Below the pieces are notes generated by a model. That model was not told where the DNA came from, ran no database searches, and saw only the letters and a program-made list of their open reading frames with translations. A DNA stretch of 57,561 nucleotides from a virus (lineage: Duplodnaviria; Caudoviricetes), in IMG/VR virus record IMGVR_UViG_3300036859_000285, positions 1 to 57,561 of that record. One strand, written 5' to 3'. This document shows positions 29,811 to 38,763 of the stretch, one piece after another. Each line of letters begins with the position of its first letter. Within the stretch, counting starts at the first letter, position 1. The translations under genes and the position numbers were made by a program.

Positions 29811-29987
29811 GTGGTAGACGTCGACCAACTCGCAAAGGCGATCGCCGGCCGGATCGCCGCCGAACCGGCCGCTGACCTGCCCGAGCTGACCGACGAGCAG
29901 GTTGAACAGGCCGCGCGCGTCTTCGGGCCAGGCTTCCTGAAGCCGTCTCGCGGTACGGCCGCCCGCACTGCGGCCGCCGTGGGTTAG
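29811..29987 (+). CDS. Small protein after integrase (possible RDF)
   Basis: AGGGAG RBS; LPELTDEQVEQAARVF. Confidence 0.55.
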   Translation: MVDVDQLAKAIAGRIAAEPAADLPELTDEQVEQAARVFGPGFLKPSRGTAARTAAAVG

Positions 29988-30005
29988 CCGCTTCAACACG
30001 CCAAC

Positions 30006-30043
30006 AAAGGCCTCTGCGAACAAAAAGTTCGCAGAGGCCTTTT
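30006..30043. terminator. Bidirectional intrinsic terminator
   Basis: Perfect 16-bp stem AAAGGCCTCTGCGAAC / GTTCGCAGAGGCCTTT. Confidence 0.9.
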
Positions 30044-30065
30044 GCGTGTCCTCAAGATCTCAGCC

Positions 30066-30118
30066 TGTATGGGGTCGGTTGCACGTCGCGCGAACATCGG
30101 TGTAGCGTGTCTCTTGCA
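30066..30118 (+). promoter_or_regulatory. Promoter with paired TGTA-N9-TTGCA boxes (copy C)
   Basis: TTGCAC-18-TAGCGT; boxes 30066-83 and 30101-118. Confidence 0.75.
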
Positions 30119-30142
30119 TCCCTGACAGGAGGACACCCGCCC

Positions 30143-30334
30143 ATGGACAAGATCGATCAGACCCCGGCAGACCAATGGCTCGAGGAGTTCGCCAATCGGC
30201 TACTCGTCTCGATCGAGACGATGGACGGCGTCGCCAGCGCCTCGCACATCCAGCTCCCGAGCCTCGATCACCCCGTCATCGGCGTCGAGCTCGATGGGGG
30301 CCACGAACTGTTCATCGACCTGATCGCTTCGTAG
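30143..30334 (+). CDS. Small hypothetical protein
   Basis: AGGAGG RBS. Confidence 0.7.
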   Translation: MDKIDQTPADQWLEEFANRLLVSIETMDGVASASHIQLPSLDHPVIGVELDGGHELFIDLIAS

Positions 30335-31146
30335 TGGAACTCACCTACTACGTCGCCCCCTGGGATCGCGACGTCGAACCCGACGAGATCGCCGAACCGG
30401 CGGCCGCGGACGTCCACGAAATCCGCCACGGCTACAACCTCGCCGGCCTAGAGCGGCTCACCCGCATCGCAGTCAGCCGCGCCATCACCCGAGGAGGCGA
30501 CTACCAGGGCCGCTACGAAGCAGCCTGGTCGGGCATCGCCGAGGCACTCTGCACGGCCAAACACGCACCGGACCGGGCTGACCTGATCGCCGCCGGATGG
30601 CGTGCGGTCGCAGACTACGCACGCGCCGAAGCCCACCACCACGGCATCGACCCGGAGACATGGGGACCGCTGCGCGGATTCGACCGCTACTGGCATGCCC
30701 GCAACTCTCCGAGCCCCGAGCGGCGGACCGTCGAGACCACGGCACTATGGCAGATCTGGCCCGAACTCTCCGACCGTCAGCGCGAGGCGCTCGCCACGTT
30801 GGCCGCAGTCGACGACTACGAGCAGGCCACCGACTCGTTGGGTATCGCCGCAGGCACGTTCAGGGCCTTGGTATCGCAGGGGCGGCGCCGATTCCTGGGA
30901 CTGTGGCATGAAGGTGAGGAACCTTCCCAGCCTTGGCATGTGGGCCGCCGTATCGGACATCGCCATGACCGCGACCGATTCGGCAAACCGCGGATCACTA
31001 TCGCCCAGCTGGACGACATCCGTGCCCGGTACCACGCGGGCGAGACGCTATCCGCTATCGGTGCCGACTACGGAGTGAAGAAGGCGTGCCTGTCGTCGCT
31101 GCTTAGCGGACGGACCAAACCTGCTCAAGATCGGCAGGCATCATGA
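30334..31146 (+). CDS. Sigma-factor-like protein (region-4 HTH) with an extra C-terminal HTH
   Basis: LSDRQREAL...YEQATDSLGIAAGTFRALVSQGRRRF; ETLSAIGADYGVKKACLSSLL. Confidence 0.65.
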   Translation: MELTYYVAPWDRDVEPDEIAEPAAADVHEIRHGYNLAGLERLTRIAVSRAITRGGDYQGRYEAAWSGIAEALCTAKHAPDRADLIAAGWRAVADYARAEAHHHGIDPETWGPLRGFDRYWHARNSPSPERRTVETTALWQIWPELSDRQREALATLAAVDDYEQATDSLGIAAGTFRALVSQGRRRFLGLWHEGEEPSQPWHVGRRIGHRHDRDRFGKPRITIAQLDDIRARYHAGETLSAIGADYGVKKACLSSLLSGRTKPAQDRQAS

Positions 31147-32219
31147 ACCTAGCCGACAGTTCAACGTTCACCCGTCCGATTATCAAGGCGCTTCGATCAC
31201 ATGCGAACGCGATCGCTCAGTCCATGGCCGGCCCTAAAGGATCACCTGCGGCCATTGAGCGGGCGCTGCCCGCGGCCGGCTGCTGGGTATACCTGTCGGC
31301 CGTCGTCGCCTGGGCCGAGGACCACGGCCTGATTGATCCCTGGCTACGGCCCGGGGCCACCGAGCTGCGCGAGACATGGCTGACCGCCGGCGGCGACATG
31401 CGGTCCTGGCTAGGCGTCGCGTTCACCTCGCTCGCCGTCCATCCGGCAACCCGCTGCCTGGTCGATCCACGCTATGCCCCCTTGCAAGACCGCGACCCTG
31501 GCGAGCCAGAACTACAGGCGCTGGTGGACTGGTGGGGTAAGGCGCCCTCCCTCGCCTACGAGACGGACAGCGGTCCGGCCTCGGTGTCAGGGTGGATTAT
31601 CGGCGACCTGCTGCAATACCTTCGCGATCCACGCCCCGACGGCGGAGGGGGCGGAAACGCTCAAACTCCCTGGTGGGTCGCCGATTTCATCCTCGACCGC
31701 ACCCTCGTCCCCGCTGTCGAAACGTTCCCGCTCGAGACGCTTCGCACCATCGATCCTGCATGCGGAACTGGCCACTTCCTCATCCGCAAGATCGACTATT
31801 TATGGCAGTGGTACACCACGGGGACACTCGCATCCAGGCAGGTCAAGCGTCCGCCGCTTACCGGAGGAAAGGTCCGGGCACCCATGGACGCGATCAAAAT
31901 GATCCTCGCTGGTGTCGATGGCTGCGAGATCGACCCGCTCACAGCGGCCGTTGCTCGACTGCGCATGGTGGTAGCGATAGGTCAGCTACTCCATCGGTCT
32001 GGGCTGATTTCGAGCCCTCGGCTCGATGCCATTCCAGCGTGGGTAACGCCGCGGGTCGCGGTCGGAGACTCCCTACTCGCGGGAAAGGTCAGCCAAACCG
32101 AGTACGAGGCGCTGCATCCTGAACTCGCAGCCATCGAGAACCTCGGGGTTCCCGAGCAGGTCCATCCTCCCGCGCCGACCTTTCAGCAAGATTCTCTGTT
32201 TGACGAGGCCAACGCATGA
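31143..32219 (+). CDS. Truncated BREX-2/Pgl PglX-like N6-adenine methyltransferase homolog (no catalytic NPPY)
   Basis: WV....V.WAEDHGL, GDLLQYL, QTPWWVADFILDRTL.PAV, IDPACGTGHFL, GCEIDP, GDSLL; ORF ends about 45 aa later. Confidence 0.8.
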   Translation: MNLADSSTFTRPIIKALRSHANAIAQSMAGPKGSPAAIERALPAAGCWVYLSAVVAWAEDHGLIDPWLRPGATELRETWLTAGGDMRSWLGVAFTSLAVHPATRCLVDPRYAPLQDRDPGEPELQALVDWWGKAPSLAYETDSGPASVSGWIIGDLLQYLRDPRPDGGGGGNAQTPWWVADFILDRTLVPAVETFPLETLRTIDPACGTGHFLIRKIDYLWQWYTTGTLASRQVKRPPLTGGKVRAPMDAIKMILAGVDGCEIDPLTAAVARLRMVVAIGQLLHRSGLISSPRLDAIPAWVTPRVAVGDSLLAGKVSQTEYEALHPELAAIENLGVPEQVHPPAPTFQQDSLFDEANA

Positions 32220-32473
32220 CCAGGCCCGATCGCCGCACGCGGTCCGCCTATGAGCTGCAGCGCGACGACTACGTGCACGACACCGCTACCCCGATGCGAG
32301 TCGAGAGCGTCACGCCCGACCAGTTCGGTTCGATCACGGTTGTCGGCATCTGGGCCGCGGGAACAGAAATGACCATCCATCACCCGCGCGACCTGCAGCT
32401 CGACGTGACCCGCCTCGTCGACGCCGACGACCCCATCGCGCGGCAACTCTCCCTGACAGGAGTCACCCCATGA
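32216..32473 (+). CDS. Small hypothetical protein (SH3-like pattern)
   Basis: ATGA coupling; AYELQRDDYV. Confidence 0.65.
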   Translation: MTRPDRRTRSAYELQRDDYVHDTATPMRVESVTPDQFGSITVVGIWAAGTEMTIHHPRDLQLDVTRLVDADDPIARQLSLTGVTP

Positions 32474-32745
32474 GGCTCGCGTTCCTCGCCCTCTCGACGA
32501 CAGGCCCCGACGTCCTACGGCACGAGACCTGGGAAATGTCCCTGATCATCCGCGACTTCCAGCGGCACGACTACGAGCAGCACTGGCAGATCATGCCCGT
32601 GCACCTCGCCAGCGCAGACCCCGACACGCTGCGCGTCAACGGCTACTACGACCGCATCGAAAAGTCCCTGTCGGCCGACGCGTTCGGCTACGACGACGAG
32701 GGCCTGCTCATCGGCCCCGCGCACCCGTCCGTGATCGCGAGCTGA
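32470..32745 (+). CDS. Degenerate, truncated paralog of the DEDDh exonuclease
   Basis: LAFLALSTTG..RHETWEMSLI..ADPDTLRVNGYYDR aligns with the 49991 ORF. Confidence 0.6.
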   Translation: MRLAFLALSTTGPDVLRHETWEMSLIIRDFQRHDYEQHWQIMPVHLASADPDTLRVNGYYDRIEKSLSADAFGYDDEGLLIGPAHPSVIAS

Positions 32746-32865
32746 AGGACGAGCTGAACATGTGCGGTGCGATCGAATGCCGGGCGGACGCGGTCACGCC
32801 GAACGGCCGGTGTGCCGATCATCCCCGGTAGGGACGTTGCTTTCTAGATCGTGGATACTGGCCCA

Positions 32866-33102
32866 ATGCTGGTGGTGCGCGTCGAAATCTGGCCGCAGGG
32901 TGAGGCTGAGCGGGCCCGTGAGCTCGGCCGTGTCATCATCGCGAACAAGAGCCGCCTGGCGCCGGTCTCCCGGTATGAGGTGACCTGTACGGCTCAGGAT
33001 GGGACGCGTATGGCGGAGGTGCGGCATCACCTGCGTGCGGACGGCTGGCTGGCGTTGGCGGCGCGGGCGCTGGCTGCGTGCGCCGAGTCGGCGCCCATCT
33101 AG
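32866..33102 (+). CDS. Phage hypothetical protein
   Basis: MLVVRVEIWP.G...RELG...IAN. Confidence 0.65.
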   Translation: MLVVRVEIWPQGEAERARELGRVIIANKSRLAPVSRYEVTCTAQDGTRMAEVRHHLRADGWLALAARALAACAESAPI

Positions 33103-33122
33103 TCGGTGGTCGCCGTGGCTGC

Positions 33123-33791
33123 TCAGGTGTCGAGTACTCGTAGCGAGGCGACGTTTCCCGGCGTTCCCGGCGCGACCGGCAGCGGGTCCTTCCATACGAG
33201 GTGCGCGATCGTTGCGGCGACCGCCCTGACGTAGATGGGGACGGCGCCCTGGGGTTCTGGCTGGTCGGCTGGATCGGGTTGCTGGTTGATGGGCCGGTTC
33301 CAGACGTGCTGGTCGAGGCCGGGACGGCCGCGCGTCAGGGTGAGGCAGTAGAAGCGGCCGTCTATGTCGGCGGCGTGGATTGCCCGCTTCTCGACGGCGT
33401 CGTCGCGCTGGTGGAATCGGCGTTCGCGCCGGTCCCGCTGGTATCGGGCCTGTTCCCAGGGGGTGTCGTCCGCAGTTGCCGCGATCACGTCGTGTACTTC
33501 GATTAGGAGGGCGACTGCGTAGAGGCGGGGCTGGTGGCCGTTGACGATGCGCGCCAGTTCTCGTTCGGTCCAGTGGGCGGCCGTCTCCTGGATGAGCACT
33601 CCGAGGTGGTCTGGGTTGAAGGTGTAGGGGATGTCTTTGTTTCCGCACATCCGGATGTGGGTGCCGTCCCAGGAGAACGCCATCAGGCGGTGGGGGGTGT
33701 CCCAGGTGTGGCCGAGGATGAGCCCTTCGAGTGCGTCGCCGAGCTTGCTGGCGGGGGCACCGCGCGGTGGGCCGAACCGGTTGGCCGTCAT
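33123..33791 (-). CDS. Hypothetical protein
   Basis: GC3-rich reverse ORF from MTANRF. Confidence 0.65.
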   Translation of the reverse strand: MTANRFGPPRGAPASKLGDALEGLILGHTWDTPHRLMAFSWDGTHIRMCGNKDIPYTFNPDHLGVLIQETAAHWTERELARIVNGHQPRLYAVALLIEVHDVIAATADDTPWEQARYQRDRRERRFHQRDDAVEKRAIHAADIDGRFYCLTLTRGRPGLDQHVWNRPINQQPDPADQPEPQGAVPIYVRAVAATIAHLVWKDPLPVAPGTPGNVASLRVLDT

Positions 33792-33920
33792 GGGGGGGGT
33801 GGATCCTCGCACTTGATCACTGTAAAGAGTCTCACTCAGGGTATCGCCGCGAACGCGGGGTGGAACGGCGTGTTCGCATCCATAATCGGCTGGATGCAGG
33901 ACGGTCCGGTGGCGGATGGC

Positions 33921-34193
33921 GTGAAGATCGCAAAAGCGGTGAGGACCTGCACGGCCTGCCCGTCCCAGTGGGACGCATGGACGCCCGACGGCCTTTACCT
34001 GTACCTGCGTTACCGGTTCGGGGTGGGCACGGTGGACCGATACGACTCGCCCGATCCGCAGACGTGGAGCGCTCTCCCCTCTGGCAGGGTGGCCTACTTC
34101 CAGTTCGGGAACGCCCTCGACGGGAGCATCGGCCTGGCGGATTTCATGAGACTCGCCGGACTGGAGTGGGCGGAGGAGCCGCCGCGTGAATGA
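33921..34193 (+). CDS. Phage hypothetical protein
   Basis: TCTACPSQWDAWTPDG.YLYLRYRFG. Confidence 0.7.
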   Translation: MKIAKAVRTCTACPSQWDAWTPDGLYLYLRYRFGVGTVDRYDSPDPQTWSALPSGRVAYFQFGNALDGSIGLADFMRLAGLEWAEEPPRE

Positions 34194-34545
34194 GATCGAC
34201 AAGTACGGGCTCGGCCAGGACATCCTGAGGGTGCGAGGCGTGACGCGGGTGATCGAGGTCAGCCTCAATCAGGTCCTGGCCCACGTGTTCACGTTCACCG
34301 TCGACGGCGCCGACTACGCGGTTTCGATTGACGCCGGTGAGCCGTGGAGTTCCATGATGAGCCCGCCTCCCATCTCGCGTGAGGGCACGAGTTCGCCTGA
34401 CGCGCCCTGGGTCCGAGAGCCGGTGTTCGCCGAGCTGTGGCGCCTCCTGCGGACCAACGGCAGCACATTCAAGGGCGGCGCGTCGTTCATCCGCGCCAGC
34501 GCGCCCGGCGGGTCGGCCGAAAGGTCAGGGCTGGGGCCCGCGTAG
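34186..34545 (+). CDS. Hypothetical protein
   Basis: GGAGGAG RBS. Confidence 0.55.
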   Translation: MNEIDKYGLGQDILRVRGVTRVIEVSLNQVLAHVFTFTVDGADYAVSIDAGEPWSSMMSPPPISREGTSSPDAPWVREPVFAELWRLLRTNGSTFKGGASFIRASAPGGSAERSGLGPA

Positions 34546-35025
34546 CGGGAGATCGTCGTACACGAAGCGGGTGCGCGCGGGGTCGGCGACGATCGTCGTG
34601 TATTCGATGGGTCGGCCGTGCTGGTCGCGGGTGAGCCGGGCGACGGTGAGGACGTCGCGGCCGGGCAGGCGGAGCTCGGCGGCTTCGGCGCGGGTGGCTG
34701 GCCGTACGGCGAGTTCTTCGGTGGCGGTGGCGGGTTGGATGCCGATGCTGTTGAGTACGCCATACTGGTCATGGTGGTTTCGGGTCGGCGGAACAATGTC
34801 GAGCTGACGCCGTGGAACTGCGCGTGTGTCTCGGAGAAGATGCGCTGCATTCGGGCGGACGTCAACGACCTGCCCTGGAACGCCTTCCAGCTCGCCCGCG
34901 TCGTCGAGCGAGACGAGATGGGCGTCCAGCAGGATCGGGGCGAGGTTGCGGGCGCCCCCGTTCGCCGGCCCTACGCCTGCGGTCATCCCCGAGGACGACG
35001 GGCCGCCGGTCATCGCGTCCCACAT
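34525..35025 (-). CDS. Stand-alone UTRA-domain protein (GntR/HutC effector domain without HTH)
   Basis: EELAVRPATRAEAAELRLP..VLTVARLTRDQHGRPIEYT..V....RFVY. Confidence 0.75.
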   Translation of the reverse strand: MWDAMTGGPSSSGMTAGVGPANGGARNLAPILLDAHLVSLDDAGELEGVPGQVVDVRPNAAHLLRDTRAVPRRQLDIVPPTRNHHDQYGVLNSIGIQPATATEELAVRPATRAEAAELRLPGRDVLTVARLTRDQHGRPIEYTTIVADPARTRFVYDDLPLRGPQP

Positions 35026-35101
35026 CGCTCTTGTTAGCCGCGCCCACGCCGAGGACCCTTCCAATATCGAGCTGAGAGCGTGAGGTTGTTCGGCCCCCGT
35101 C

Positions 35102-35584
35102 ATGACTGACTACCAAGCTCCCTCGCCACTGGCGGCTGACCGGCCTGGATTTCTCGACGCCATCGGTCGCCTGGTAGCCGCCGGGATCATCCCGCTTAGG
35201 AAGCCCTGCGGCGTCTGCATGGTCTGCGCGGGCCGCGTTCAGGGGAATGTCGAGTGCGACGGGGCCGCCGTGCTTGACGCCGTCGACTGGCCGGTAGAGC
35301 TGGCCACAGCCATCGGCCGCGCCGAACGGGCTGAGGCTGCGATCGCCCGCGCAGACGAGGCCGCCATCCGGGCCGACGAGCGCGACCGAGTCATCGGAGA
35401 GATCAACGAGTGCTTGCACCTGAGTGAGGGCGAGTCCGCTGCCATTGGTCTGCTCAGGTGGATCTTGACCCAGAACCAACGGGAACAGGCCCGCCCCAGA
35501 CGCGCAAAGGCGCCCGAGGCGCCTGGGGCGTTCGCGAGCGCCTTCCGTACAGTCTCGCCCGCCCTCGAGGACGACGGCGAATGA
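35102..35584 (+). CDS. Hypothetical protein (CxxC plus coiled coil)
   Basis: PCGVCMVC; coupled to next ORF. Confidence 0.6.
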   Translation: MTDYQAPSPLAADRPGFLDAIGRLVAAGIIPLRKPCGVCMVCAGRVQGNVECDGAAVLDAVDWPVELATAIGRAERAEAAIARADEAAIRADERDRVIGEINECLHLSEGESAAIGLLRWILTQNQREQARPRRAKAPEAPGAFASAFRTVSPALEDDGE

Positions 35585-35997
35585 CCGAGGCCTCGGTCAA
35601 AAGGACGGCGCGCAAAGGCACGCCGCTGACGCTGTTGGATGTGGCCGGCCTGCTCGGCGACGCGGCGCGAGCAGGCATACCCGCACAGGCGACATTGCAT
35701 GGTGCCGCATACGGGTTGAAGGCACACCTTCGATGGATTGAGGCCCGCGCCGAGGACGACCACGGCGCCCCCTTGCACCGTATAGAAACCGCCGTCTCGG
35801 ACGCGATTAAGTCCGCGCCTCTCGGCGGCGAGGGCAGCGTCTATCTATTCCTGGCCCAGCTGAAACGCAACGCCTACGCGGTTGTACCGCTCGGCATATT
35901 CAAATATCTGAAACATCTGGACGACGCATGCGCGACCGGGGATTGCGTATGCGGGTTTGAGCAGATACACCGGCTCGGCCGATATCCGACCTCGTAA
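35581..35997 (+). CDS. Hypothetical protein
   Basis: ATGA coupling. Confidence 0.55.
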   Translation: MTEASVKRTARKGTPLTLLDVAGLLGDAARAGIPAQATLHGAAYGLKAHLRWIEARAEDDHGAPLHRIETAVSDAIKSAPLGGEGSVYLFLAQLKRNAYAVVPLGIFKYLKHLDDACATGDCVCGFEQIHRLGRYPTS

Positions 35998-36028
35998 CAC
36001 CAACTCCTATTGAATCGGGGGATTCATC

Positions 36029-36286
36029 ATGGAATGCGGAAAGATTATTGTTGACGATCTGGACCAGTTCGGGACGCAGATCGAGTTCTTGGGGCCTGAT
36101 GGCCGGCTCGTCACACGTATCCAGGTGTCGCGCAAGGTCGCCGTACGGTTCGAGCTCACCGACCGCGTCGAGCCGCTGCCGGACGTCAACCCTCTCGCCG
36201 CCGGCGGGGCGCTGCCGATCGCCAACCGGGCTGCCGAGGTCGTCGCCGGCGTAGGTAGCGCCGCTGGAAACGGAACGCGCGAGTGA
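36029..36286 (+). CDS. Hypothetical protein
   Basis: GGGGG RBS. Confidence 0.6.
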   Translation: MECGKIIVDDLDQFGTQIEFLGPDGRLVTRIQVSRKVAVRFELTDRVEPLPDVNPLAAGGALPIANRAAEVVAGVGSAAGNGTRE

Positions 36287-36588
36287 CCAAGCGTCGCCAT
36301 GATCCAGGCCTCTGGCCGATGCCGACCGTCACGCCGCCCGTCCTCTGGATCCCGGACGTGCCGAGCGTGCAGGTCGATATCGAGCCGTGGCTCGCCTGGG
36401 CCGAGACCGGCCTACGCCCAAGCCATGCGACGGCGTCGCGCCTGCTCGGCGACCTCATCCGGGCAGTTCATGCGCGGCTTGAGCCGTACTGGCTGCGGCC
36501 GCTGTGCCTGTTCTGCTCGCCGCTCGCGCTCAGCCAGCTCGAGCAGCAGTTCGCCGCGGGCCGCCATCGCAGGACGGCGGCCGCATGA
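36283..36588 (+). CDS. Hypothetical protein
   Basis: GTGA/ATGA coupling on both sides. Confidence 0.55.
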   Translation: MTKRRHDPGLWPMPTVTPPVLWIPDVPSVQVDIEPWLAWAETGLRPSHATASRLLGDLIRAVHARLEPYWLRPLCLFCSPLALSQLEQQFAAGRHRRTAAA

Positions 36589-36944
36589 GCCGATTCGACG
36601 ATCGGGCGCCGCGTCAGGTCATCGCCGAGTTCGACCGCTTCATACGCACGGGGCCCAGGCCGACCAGCAACGGCACCGGCGGCATAGACGACCTCACGGA
36701 CGCGCTGCAGGCCGAGCAGGTCCGCAGAGTCGCCGGCGACCTCGGCGAGCTCACCTGGGCCGATCTGCTCAGGGAGGAGATGTGCGCTGTCCTGTCGATC
36801 CCTGCCAACCGCGAGGAGGACCTGCACCAGCGGTTGTGTCAGGCGATGGGGATGATGCTCGCGTGGATTTATACGCTGAATCAGCAAGCGAGGTATGCGC
36901 GACCTATCCCTCGTCGCCGGCGAGGGTTTCTCGGCCGTAGATAA
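36585..36944 (+). CDS. Second MazG-like homolog
   Basis: NGTG...ELTWADLLREE...LHQRLCQAMGMMLAWI. Confidence 0.5.
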   Translation: MSRFDDRAPRQVIAEFDRFIRTGPRPTSNGTGGIDDLTDALQAEQVRRVAGDLGELTWADLLREEMCAVLSIPANREEDLHQRLCQAMGMMLAWIYTLNQQARYARPIPRRRRGFLGRR

Positions 36945-36976
36945 CCGATCAACGTCTGCTCGACGATCACGCAACG

Positions 36977-37023
36977 AAACACCCTCGCACGGAACCCGCC
37001 TTCCCGTGCGAGGGTGTTTTGTT
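36977..37023. terminator. Intrinsic terminator insulating the transfer module
   Basis: AAACACCCTCGCACGG / CCGTGCGAGGGTGTTT followed by TGTT. Confidence 0.85.
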
Positions 37024-37060
37024 CTCCCGCCATATATCGGCGTGGTCACATTTGTGTTAC

Positions 37061-37132
37061 TGACACATTCGGTGTCACCTCTGGTCCTCAACCCTGGTGC
37101 ATACTGTCCGCGTAGCGCGTAGTGCACTACGC
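37061..37132. promoter_or_regulatory. Operator-rich promoter region of the transfer operon
   Basis: TGACAC-N5-GTGTCA (37061-77); perfect palindrome GCGTAGTGCACTACGC (37117-32). Confidence 0.65.
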
Positions 37133-37205
37133 AAACTTAGGGGGAGACGCTCAGGTACGACCTGGGACGCCTTGCCCCCGGACAGCAGAGAGAGGGCACG
37201 TCCGA

Positions 37206-37388
37206 ATGATCCTTCTCGCCATCCTCACGGGCGCGATCGTCGCGCTCATGTGGGCACGGCAAACCAAGTGGTACGAGATCCTCCTCCTCGGCGGTTGGGG
37301 GCTCATGGCCGCCGGCACCCCGATTGGCGCGCCGATTGCAGGGGCCCTCAAGACCGCGAACGGCGCGATCGGCGGTTGGTTCCATTGA
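37206..37388 (+). CDS. Small membrane protein (Spd-like)
   Basis: 60 aa, 2 hydrophobic segments, GLMAAGTPIG. Confidence 0.7.
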   Translation: MILLAILTGAIVALMWARQTKWYEILLLGGWGLMAAGTPIGAPIAGALKTANGAIGGWFH

Positions 37389-37573
37389 TCCGCCAAATCC
37401 CACGATGGATCTGGGACAACCGGCCGACAGTCAAGGATCTGCTCGTCGTCGGCGCCATCGTCACGGTGATGCACTTCGTGCTCGGCATGCCGGTCATCCC
37501 GGTCATCGTCGCGTGGGTCGTCGTGGTGCTCGGCCTGGCGACCTTCGTGGGCTGGCGCGCCCGGGAGCGGTGA
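37385..37573 (+). CDS. Small 2-TM membrane protein
   Basis: TTGA coupling; two long hydrophobic helices. Confidence 0.7.
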   Translation: MIRQIPRWIWDNRPTVKDLLVVGAIVTVMHFVLGMPVIPVIVAWVVVVLGLATFVGWRARER

Positions 37574-37579
37574 TGACCG

Positions 37580-38497
37580 ATGTTCGTCATCGACCTCCTG
37601 TTCACTGGCGCCATCGTCATGGGGATCGTCGGCCTCGCCCGCTGGGCCAACAGCAAGCCCGCCACGGGCGGCAAGCCAGCCAGTCGCAGGCCGCCGAGCC
37701 GCACTCAAGCCCGCACCTCGGCCCGCAAGTCTCTGTTCGTCACGGCCTGGAATGCCAGCGGCGCCCAGAAGCTGGAGACGACGCGCCTATCCGAGGCGGT
37801 CGCCGAACTGACCGGCCGCACCGCCGGCGGTCTGGGCCGCGCTTCCAAGAGGAAGGCCAAGTCAGCCAGGGATCGAGCCGAGGAACGCTGGACGGCCCGA
37901 GAGCCCGCCCGCCCGATGTTCTGGCGGCTCCGCAAGCCCGAGGCCGACCCCGCCGAGCAGGCCGATGAGGTCAAGCCCGCAGACGCAGGCAAGCCGGCCG
38001 CCGAGCAGGCGGATGCACCACCGCCGGCGAAACCGCCCGCGGGCAAGGCCGCAGACGCACCGCACGACAGCAAGCCGACCGATCAAGGAGATACTCCCGT
38101 GGCTACTCCGTTCCGTCCCGCCCCCGCCCCCCTGGCGGCAGCCGGGACCGTGCTCAACGTCAGCGGCGCCTGGCCCGCGGTCATCGCCAACATCGCCGAT
38201 CTGGTCCCCGAGAGCGATCACCACCTGCTCACTACCTGCAAAGAGGAGATCTCGGGCGTTCTCGGGTACGCGTCGGCCTGGGCCGTCCTGCACGAGACCT
38301 GCATCAACGCCATCGGCCTTGACCCCGCATCGGTCCAGGGCGTCGCCGAGTTCGCCGAGCACCTCGGCGAATGCTCGGCCCGCCTCGCCGAGGCGCACCA
38401 GCAATTCATGACCGTGTACGCCGAGATCATGCAGGCCGTCGCGAACGGCGTCGTCCTGCCGTACAACGGCCGGTTCATGACTGGGGAGGCGAGCTAA
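37580..38497 (+). CDS. Membrane-anchored protein with C-terminal helical hairpin (TraA-like position)
   Basis: N-terminal TM, P/A linker, helical C-domain ending GVVLPYNGRF. Confidence 0.7.
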   Translation: MFVIDLLFTGAIVMGIVGLARWANSKPATGGKPASRRPPSRTQARTSARKSLFVTAWNASGAQKLETTRLSEAVAELTGRTAGGLGRASKRKAKSARDRAEERWTAREPARPMFWRLRKPEADPAEQADEVKPADAGKPAAEQADAPPPAKPPAGKAADAPHDSKPTDQGDTPVATPFRPAPAPLAAAGTVLNVSGAWPAVIANIADLVPESDHHLLTTCKEEISGVLGYASAWAVLHETCINAIGLDPASVQGVAEFAEHLGECSARLAEAHQQFMTVYAEIMQAVANGVVLPYNGRFMTGEAS

Positions 38498-38760
38498 TGC
38501 TCGCGATGATCAAAGCCGTCCTGATCTTCCTCACCGATTGCATGATCGATCTGCTCTGGGCCGCCACCCTCTATTTCACCCTCACCCACTACGGCGCGCC
38601 GTCCTGGGCCGCCGGCCTGATCGCAGGCATGTGCCTCGTCATGTTCGGTGGCGCCGCCGTCGACCTCATCCAGGAACCGCTAGCCAAATACGTCCACCGC
38701 ATCGGACGCGCAGACGAGGACGACGACCAGCTGTGCGACTGCCAGGGCGAGAAGGGATAG
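38497..38760 (+). CDS. Small 2-TM membrane protein
   Basis: GGAGG RBS; hydrophobic. Confidence 0.7.
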   Translation: MLAMIKAVLIFLTDCMIDLLWAATLYFTLTHYGAPSWAAGLIAGMCLVMFGGAAVDLIQEPLAKYVHRIGRADEDDDQLCDCQGEKG

Positions 38761-38763
38761 ACG

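Noticed and set aside
31143-32219. Functional orphan DNA methyltransferase or complete BREX system
   Set aside because: No NPPY/DPPY motif seen in the ORF or following ORFs, and no other brx/pgl genes
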